Assembly (NCBI GenBank): GCA_964511665.1
Contig: CAZEHA010000006.1
Span: forward strand, 17,182-81,181
Length of the DNA stretch: 64,000 nucleotides
Direction of reading: 5' to 3'
DNA from: an uncultured Bacteroidales bacterium
Lineage (GTDB): Bacteria; Bacteroidota; Bacteroidia; Bacteroidales; ML635J-15
Positions 58,226 through 64,000 of the stretch are shown in pieces. The notes beneath the pieces are model-generated. The model was given only the letters and a program-made list of their open reading frames with translations. It ran no database searches and was not told the origin of the DNA. Every line of letters begins with the position of its first letter. Within the stretch, counting starts at the first letter, position 1. A program made the position numbers and the translations under genes.

Positions 58226-59752
58226 ATGACAAAGAAAAGTAGAGGTCGTTTTTTTCAGCAATTTCTGAATGTTGTGGAACGTGGAGGCAATGCACTGCCA
58301 CATCCGGCCAGTTTATTTGCCATACTTGCCTTGTTGGCGCTGTTGTTTTCACTTATTGGCTATCATTTGGGATGGCATGCGGTGCACCCGGCCACCAGCG
58401 AAACTGTTAATACTGTAAACCTATTGTCGAAAGAAGGCCTGCACCGCATTTTGCTGGGCATGGTCGATAACTACACCGGTTTTGCACCGCTGGGTATTGT
58501 AATGGTTGCGTTACTGGGTATTGGTATTGCCGAAAGCAGCGGGCTTATCAATGCGGCCATTCGTCTGCTGGTTTTTAAAGCACCGCGCAGGCTGATTACT
58601 TTTGTTGTGGTGCTGGCAGGTATTTTGTCGAATATGGCTTCCGATTTGGGATATGTACTGATAATTCCCATGGCGGGTATCATTTTTCATTCGCTGGGGA
58701 GGCACCCCATAGCGGGTATGGCGGCCGCTTTTGCAGGAGTTTCGGGTGGGTTTAGTGCCAATCTGTTTATTGGCACCATCGATCCGTTGCTTGCCGGTTT
58801 GTCAACCGAATCGGCACGCATTATCAACGAAACCTACTATGTGTTGCCCACTGCCAATTTTTACTTTATGTTTGCATCTACATTTGTAATTGCATTTGCA
58901 GGTACCTGGGTTACCAATCGTTTTGTTGAGCCCCGGCTGGGTGCTTACACCGGCAATGTGCAACCCGAACCACTCGAGAAAATATCGCCCCGCGAAAAAA
59001 AAGCGCTTCTCGCCACATTGGGCGTGGTCTTCCTGTGGTTTGCCGTCTTGCTTTGGGGTATTATTCCCGACAATGGCTTTTTGCGCGGACCCGAAAACTC
59101 GGTGTTGCGATCGCCAATACTGAAAGGCTTTATTTCGTTCTTATTTCTTATAGCTGGAACCATGGGTATTGTATATGGGTTTATCACACGCAAATTCCGC
59201 AGCGATGCCGATGTAGTAAAAGGTATGACAACGAGTTTTAAAACACTTGCGGCTTTTCTGGTTCTCGTGTTTTTTGCAGCACAGTTTGTTGCCTATTTCA
59301 AATGGAGCAATCTGGGGCTGATTATTGCCGTGCAGGGCGCTAACTTCTTGCATGCAATCGATATCGGACTGATACCATTGCTCGTTTTGTTCATATTATT
59401 GTCGGGGTTCATCAACCTGTTTATGGGGTCAGCTTCGGCAAAATGGGCAATACTTGGACCGGTTTTTATTCCTCTGTTTATGCTACTTGGATACTCTCCC
59501 GAGCTGGCTCAGGCAGTATTTCGCATTGGCGATTCAGTTACCAATGTAATCTCGCCCATGATGAGTTTCTTTGCACTCATTATAGTGTACTTCGAAAAAT
59601 ACGACGAAAAAGCAGGTATTGGAACAATTGTATCAACCATGCTGCCCTATTCGCTGGTATTTTTTGTTCTCTGGACATTGCTTATCATTGCATGGACATT
59701 GATTGGATTGCCTCTGGGGCCGGGCGCAGGACTATACTATAATGGAATGTAG
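58226..59752 (+). CDS. AbgT-family transporter (p-aminobenzoyl-glutamate type)
   Basis: 508 aa and polytopic. It has the family N-terminus FLNVVERGGNALPHPASLF. Confidence 0.9.
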   Translation: MTKKSRGRFFQQFLNVVERGGNALPHPASLFAILALLALLFSLIGYHLGWHAVHPATSETVNTVNLLSKEGLHRILLGMVDNYTGFAPLGIVMVALLGIGIAESSGLINAAIRLLVFKAPRRLITFVVVLAGILSNMASDLGYVLIIPMAGIIFHSLGRHPIAGMAAAFAGVSGGFSANLFIGTIDPLLAGLSTESARIINETYYVLPTANFYFMFASTFVIAFAGTWVTNRFVEPRLGAYTGNVQPEPLEKISPREKKALLATLGVVFLWFAVLLWGIIPDNGFLRGPENSVLRSPILKGFISFLFLIAGTMGIVYGFITRKFRSDADVVKGMTTSFKTLAAFLVLVFFAAQFVAYFKWSNLGLIIAVQGANFLHAIDIGLIPLLVLFILLSGFINLFMGSASAKWAILGPVFIPLFMLLGYSPELAQAVFRIGDSVTNVISPMMSFFALIIVYFEKYDEKAGIGTIVSTMLPYSLVFFVLWTLLIIAWTLIGLPLGPGAGLYYNGM

Positions 59753-59760
59753 CTAGAAGC

Positions 59761-60177
59761 TTATTCTCCAATAATTTTTACCAGAACACGTTTTCGGCGT
59801 TTTCCATCGAATTCACCGTAGAATATTTGTTCCCAGGGTCCAAAGTCAAGCTGCCCCTTACTGATGGCTACAACAACTTCTCTACCCATTATAGTGCGTT
59901 TTAAATGTGCATCGGCATTGTCTTCGTATGAGTTGTGCCGGTATTGCGAATGTGGTTTCTCCGGAGCCAGTTTCTCGAGCCAAACTTCGTAGTCGTAGTG
60001 TAGGCCCGACTCATCATCGTTAATAAATACACTGCTGGTAATGTGCATGGCGTTTACCAGACATAAACCCTCGGTAATGCCACTTTGGTGCAAACACTGA
60101 TTTATTTCCGGTGTAATATTGATGAGTTTCCGTCGTGTATCGGTCTGAAACCACAACTCTTTTCTATAGCTTTTCAT
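59761..60177 (-). CDS. yjbQ: YjbQ/UPF0047 secondary thiamine-phosphate synthase family protein
   Basis: 138 aa with [12 protein letters not shown] and ADAHLK motifs. Confidence 0.9.
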   Translation of the reverse strand: MKSYRKELWFQTDTRRKLINITPEINQCLHQSGITEGLCLVNAMHITSSVFINDDESGLHYDYEVWLEKLAPEKPHSQYRHNSYEDNADAHLKRTIMGREVVVAISKGQLDFGPWEQIFYGEFDGKRRKRVLVKIIGE

Positions 60178-60233
60178 AGGTATTATGTTTTACGGCGAAT
60201 TCATTGTTGGCCAATAGATGCATTATAATACGA

Positions 60234-61967
60234 TTACTGTTCAAGTATTTCTTTGGCCATGGCATCGATAAGCGATTCAAGCATATTTTGCTTTTCATCA
60301 AATTGACTTATGTGCTGCAACTGGTCTCGTACACTAAAATAAAACTTAATTTTTGGCTCAGTGCCCGATGGTCTCACTGTGATGCGTGATCCATTTATTA
60401 ATTCAAATTGCAATACATCCGATTTTGGCAGATTGATATCGTAGCGCAAATCGCTAATCATATCAATGGTTTTTTGCTTCAGATAATCGTGAATCAGTGC
60501 GACATCGACACCGGCAATCGATTGAGGAGGTGAATGCCTGAAATTCTCCATCATTTGTTTAATTTCTTCGGCACCCGATTTCCCTTTTTTTGTAATCGAT
60601 AGCATTTTTTCGTGATAAAACCCGAATTTACAGTATATGTCTTTCAAAATGCAATACAGTGTTTTTCCTTGTTCTTTAGCCCAGGCCGCTGCTTCAGCTA
60701 TAAGGGCAGAGGCAATTACGGCATCTTTATCGCGCACAAAGTCGCCGGCCAGATAGCCATAGCTTTCTTCACCGCCTCCAATGAACCGTGCGTTGCCTTC
60801 GTGTTTGCGTATAATTTCGGCAATGTATTTGAATCCGGTTAGCACATCGTACGACTTCACCCCGAAATGCTCGGCCATTACACTAAGTAAGTCGGTGGTA
60901 ACAATGGTTTTTACGATAAACTCTTTGCCGGTAAGTTTTCCTTTTTCTTTCCATTGGCTCAACAGGTAATACAACAAAACAGATGCGGTTTGATTTCCGT
61001 TCAACAGAACATATTCTCCTTCGGCATTCAAAACAATGATACCCACTCTGTCGGTGTCGGGGTCGGTGCCGGCAACCAGCACAGCATTGGTTTTTCGGGC
61101 TATTTGCAACGCCATTTCAAGAGCTGCAGGCTCTTCGGGGTTGGGCGATTTTACAGTGCTAAAAATGCCATCAACCACGTCTTGTTCTGCCACATGAATA
61201 ATGTTGGTAAAGCCAAAAGCCTTCAGTGCCATAGGAACCAGCTTTACTCCCGATCCATGTATTGGTGTGTAAACAATAGGCATGTCGTGGTGCTTGGCCA
61301 CCAATTCTCGATTCAGGCCTAGTGTTTTTATTTGTTCTATGTACAATTCGTCTATCTCTTTGCCAATGCTGTGAATAAGTTCGGTGTTGGCATTGAAGTT
61401 AACTTCAGAAATACGGGTAATACGCCTTACTTCGGCAATGATGGCGCTGTCGTGAGGAGCTACAATCTGCGCTCCATCATCCCAATATACTTTATATCCG
61501 TTATACTCGGGAGGATTGTGTGATGCTGTTACAACAATACCTGCCATACACTTAAGTTGCCTCACTGCAAACGAAAGCTCGGGAGTAGGGCGCAAATCAT
61601 CAAACAGATACACGCTGATGCCGTTGGCGCTAAGAACGGCAGCCGCAGTTTCGGCATAGAACCGGCTGTTGTTGCGGCAATCGTAGGCTATGGCTACACT
61701 TTTGTTGCTACTCGAATCTGTTTTTAGCATATAGTTTGCAAGGCCTTGTGTGGCCATGCCGATGGTGTATTTATTTATACGATTGGTTCCGGCTCCCATG
61801 ATTCCGCGCAACCCACCGGTCCCAAATTCCAAATCTTTGTAAAACGACTCTGTAAGTTGCGATTGGTCGTGTTCGAGCATGTGCCTGATTTCGAATGCGG
61901 TTTGCTCGTCGATATTGTCGCTAAGCCACAATAACGCCTTCTCTTTTACTTGTGCAATAATATCCAT
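60234..61967 (-). CDS. phospho-sugar mutase (phosphoglucomutase/phosphomannomutase, PgcA-like)
   Basis: It has the active-site loop VVTASHNPPEYNGYKVY and the metal loop GTDPDTDR. Confidence 0.92.
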   Translation of the reverse strand: MDIIAQVKEKALLWLSDNIDEQTAFEIRHMLEHDQSQLTESFYKDLEFGTGGLRGIMGAGTNRINKYTIGMATQGLANYMLKTDSSSNKSVAIAYDCRNNSRFYAETAAAVLSANGISVYLFDDLRPTPELSFAVRQLKCMAGIVVTASHNPPEYNGYKVYWDDGAQIVAPHDSAIIAEVRRITRISEVNFNANTELIHSIGKEIDELYIEQIKTLGLNRELVAKHHDMPIVYTPIHGSGVKLVPMALKAFGFTNIIHVAEQDVVDGIFSTVKSPNPEEPAALEMALQIARKTNAVLVAGTDPDTDRVGIIVLNAEGEYVLLNGNQTASVLLYYLLSQWKEKGKLTGKEFIVKTIVTTDLLSVMAEHFGVKSYDVLTGFKYIAEIIRKHEGNARFIGGGEESYGYLAGDFVRDKDAVIASALIAEAAAWAKEQGKTLYCILKDIYCKFGFYHEKMLSITKKGKSGAEEIKQMMENFRHSPPQSIAGVDVALIHDYLKQKTIDMISDLRYDINLPKSDVLQFELINGSRITVRPSGTEPKIKFYFSVRDQLQHISQFDEKQNMLESLIDAMAKEILEQ

Positions 61968-62048
61968 TGTTATGCTAACTTTTTGTTTGTAAAAATAGCA
62001 CTTTTCATCGAAAGCCGAATCAAAATGTTAAACATTGTTTCGGTGCTG

Positions 62049-63443
62049 CTAGGCCTTACTGGCATATATTGTAGCTATTTCAGAAACAATCTTACAAATA
62101 GTTGAATGCAGTTCTTTAATATCGGCATAGGTTTCGGGTTTTGCTTTTCGCAGCCAGATGCGCCGGTAGTCGTGCAGCACTATCACTAACCATTCGAACC
62201 ATGCCTGCGCTGCAAAACCACTTATCGGCAAACTAACGATATATATCAGGCTAAAAACAAGATGCCCTGTTGCAAAATAAAATATTAGCGTCTGTATCAA
62301 ATAAAACAGGGGTAACACAAATAAACCCCAAACAAACTTAACCGATGAATGAAATTGTTTGTCTTTAATTTTCAATACCAGTATTTTCGGGATGATATAG
62401 CCTATGAAATTGTTGATAAAACCATACAAAAACACCGGAATTGTAACCAAAAGTAACAGGCTCGATGCAATGAGCCTGATCATGTTGAGTTTGGGTTTTT
62501 CGATACTCTGATTCGATAGGCGGTATTGTTTTTTCAACAGTTCGAACCTTTCGGTTAATTGATTGAGTTGCAACAAGCCATCGATGTTTTCGGTTTCGTA
62601 CCGTTCGATTGCAGCAATGGTGATTTTATCGGCACGAAAACGGTTCAACTGGGTCAGTTTGCCCAGTTTGAACTGTTTTATACATTGTTTAACAAACAAA
62701 GTCCTCAGACTTTCGTACATGTTGTACAATTTCAGATTGCTTATGTTGATGGCCAGGTTGTGCAATTGCATGGCTATTTCATCGCGCAATGCTATTTGTG
62801 CTTTTTGTTCGTTTTCGCGATACATTTCGGCAAATTTTTGTACCTCGATGGGGGTTCCGTAGCGTACATGCGCCACACTTCTGAATGTATTGTAACGGCT
62901 GAAGTAAATTCCAACCGGAATAACAAGTACTCCAAGCGTGAAATTGTTGCGTTCCTCTGCCATGAAAGCAACACGGGGTACGCCTTTTTTTAAGCCCAGT
63001 ATATGTCGTTTGTTTGTGTGTTGTGCCTCGGGGAAGAGCGCAATGGCGCGTTTGTGCTCAAGAACCTGACTTACATAATCGAAAGAGTCGTCGTTTTTAA
63101 TCAGGTTTTCTTTGCCATCGCGAATGCGATATACCGGCAGTATTTTTAGTCGATAGAGAATAGTTCTTAATACACGGTTTCTGAAAATATCGGCACGAGC
63201 CAGAAAAACCACCTGTTGCTTGGTAGTGGCAAGTATTAACATAGGGTCCATCAAAGCGTTCTGATGATTGGGCGCAAAGATTATCGGTCTGTTTTGGGGT
63301 ATATTATCGAGTCCTTCTACCGAAATACTTTTGTAGAACAGACGGTGGATAAAAAATACATATTTAGAGGCAATATTCCAACTCTTCGAAAAGCGAAGCA
63401 TGTTACCCGGTATCTGTTGCGATTTACTCATCGATACTAGCAT
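62049..63443 (-). CDS. lysophospholipid (1-acyl-sn-glycerol-3-phosphate) acyltransferase family protein with C-terminal membrane extension
   Basis: It has the acyltransferase blocks NHQNALMDP and FPEAQHT. About 130 aa of C-terminal TM helices follow. Confidence 0.8.
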   Translation of the reverse strand: MLVSMSKSQQIPGNMLRFSKSWNIASKYVFFIHRLFYKSISVEGLDNIPQNRPIIFAPNHQNALMDPMLILATTKQQVVFLARADIFRNRVLRTILYRLKILPVYRIRDGKENLIKNDDSFDYVSQVLEHKRAIALFPEAQHTNKRHILGLKKGVPRVAFMAEERNNFTLGVLVIPVGIYFSRYNTFRSVAHVRYGTPIEVQKFAEMYRENEQKAQIALRDEIAMQLHNLAINISNLKLYNMYESLRTLFVKQCIKQFKLGKLTQLNRFRADKITIAAIERYETENIDGLLQLNQLTERFELLKKQYRLSNQSIEKPKLNMIRLIASSLLLLVTIPVFLYGFINNFIGYIIPKILVLKIKDKQFHSSVKFVWGLFVLPLFYLIQTLIFYFATGHLVFSLIYIVSLPISGFAAQAWFEWLVIVLHDYRRIWLRKAKPETYADIKELHSTICKIVSEIATIYASKA

Positions 63444-63453
63444 GTAATCACCA

Positions 63454-64000
63454 TTAATTCGCTGTTCTCCGTCTCCATATGCCGGCTACTGCTAAACCTG
63501 CCAATATATGCCAAATACCCCACCAGGCAACCACAATCATCATCCCGCCTAAGGGCAGCTCAGGCGAAAATATATTGGGATTAAACAACAGCACCAAACC
63601 CAGACCCGAGTTTTGTATCCCTGTTTCTATGGCAATGGTTCTTCGGTTTTGTGAGTTAAGCCGTGCAATGCTGCCTACCGTATAGCCACTGCCAATAGCA
63701 AGGGCATTGTGAAGAAAAACTATAAGTAGAATCCAGGCGATGTATTGTACAAAGTAATCGTAATTGTTGGCAAACATCATAACCACCATGCCCATGAAAA
63801 AAATGATGCTGAATATTCTGATGGGTTTCTTTATGAATTGGGTTGCTTTGTCGAAGTAACGATTGAACAGCATACCGGCTACAATGGGAATGCCCAAAAG
63901 AATGAGCACTGTTTTAAACATTTGCCAGGGGTCAATTTCAAGTTGCTGCAATAAGGCACTTTCGCCGTAAGGTCCCCATGCTTGATACAGTTTTCCCCAA
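63454..64000 (-). CDS. bile acid:sodium symporter (BASS) family protein, C-terminal part (5' end outside the window)
   Basis: The frame stays open upstream of the caller's TTG at 63951 through to base 64000. It is a polytopic protein with the IAIETGIQNSGLGL motif. Confidence 0.8.
   Translation of the reverse strand, partial: WGKLYQAWGPYGESALLQQLEIDPWQMFKTVLILLGIPIVAGMLFNRYFDKATQFIKKPIRIFSIIFFMGMVVMMFANNYDYFVQYIAWILLIVFLHNALAIGSGYTVGSIARLNSQNRRTIAIETGIQNSGLGLVLLFNPNIFSPELPLGGMMIVVAWWGIWHILAGLAVAGIWRRRTAN

Noticed and set aside
1-64000. CRISPR arrays, IS elements, integrases, prophage or known defence-system genes
   Set aside because: I scanned the ORF translations and intergenic regions. There are no short regularly spaced repeats, no transposase/integrase/recombinase motifs, and no helicase, nuclease or NTPase combinations typical of defence islands. 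The only tRNA has no adjacent integrase.

Overview
This 64-kb chromosomal segment reads as Bacteroidota. Supporting signs are T9SS type A and type B C-terminal sorting domains, TAnnTTTG -7 promoter boxes, almost no Shine-Dalgarno sites, and DUF3078/DUF4301/DUF368-type families. I support 51 protein-coding genes (two run off the window ends), one tRNA-Pro(CGG), six hairpin terminators and five weak promoter candidates. Most content is housekeeping or envelope biology. It includes a DAACS symporter, mscL, a multi-PAS histidine kinase, a complete rseC-rnfBCDGEA cluster, mazG, a GT2 glycosyltransferase, an ECF-type sigma factor and rsmG. It also includes rpmH, a heptose-7-P kinase, two secreted nucleases, Ppx/GppA, an ABC-2 exporter and aroE. 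The remainder includes a FAD/Fe-S oxidoreductase, a TIGR01212 radical SAM protein, an AbgT transporter, yjbQ, a phosphosugar mutase and an acyltransferase. I found no integrase, transposase, CRISPR array, rRNA, prophage or recognisable defence or toxin-antitoxin genes, so I cannot point to a clear-cut new system of that kind. The most unusual object is a 9,894-bp gene (34215-44108) for a 3,297-aa T9SS cargo protein. It is built from nested supermodules and carries a perfect 1,649-bp direct repeat at an in-frame 2,028-bp period. The second is an AraC-linked four-gene envelope module (outer-membrane barrel, MMPL/RND exporter, DUF2141, LolA-like protein; 45449-50219). It lacks the usual adaptor and TolC partners and has no assigned function. 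All family names come from motif recognition by eye; no database search or folding calculation was run.
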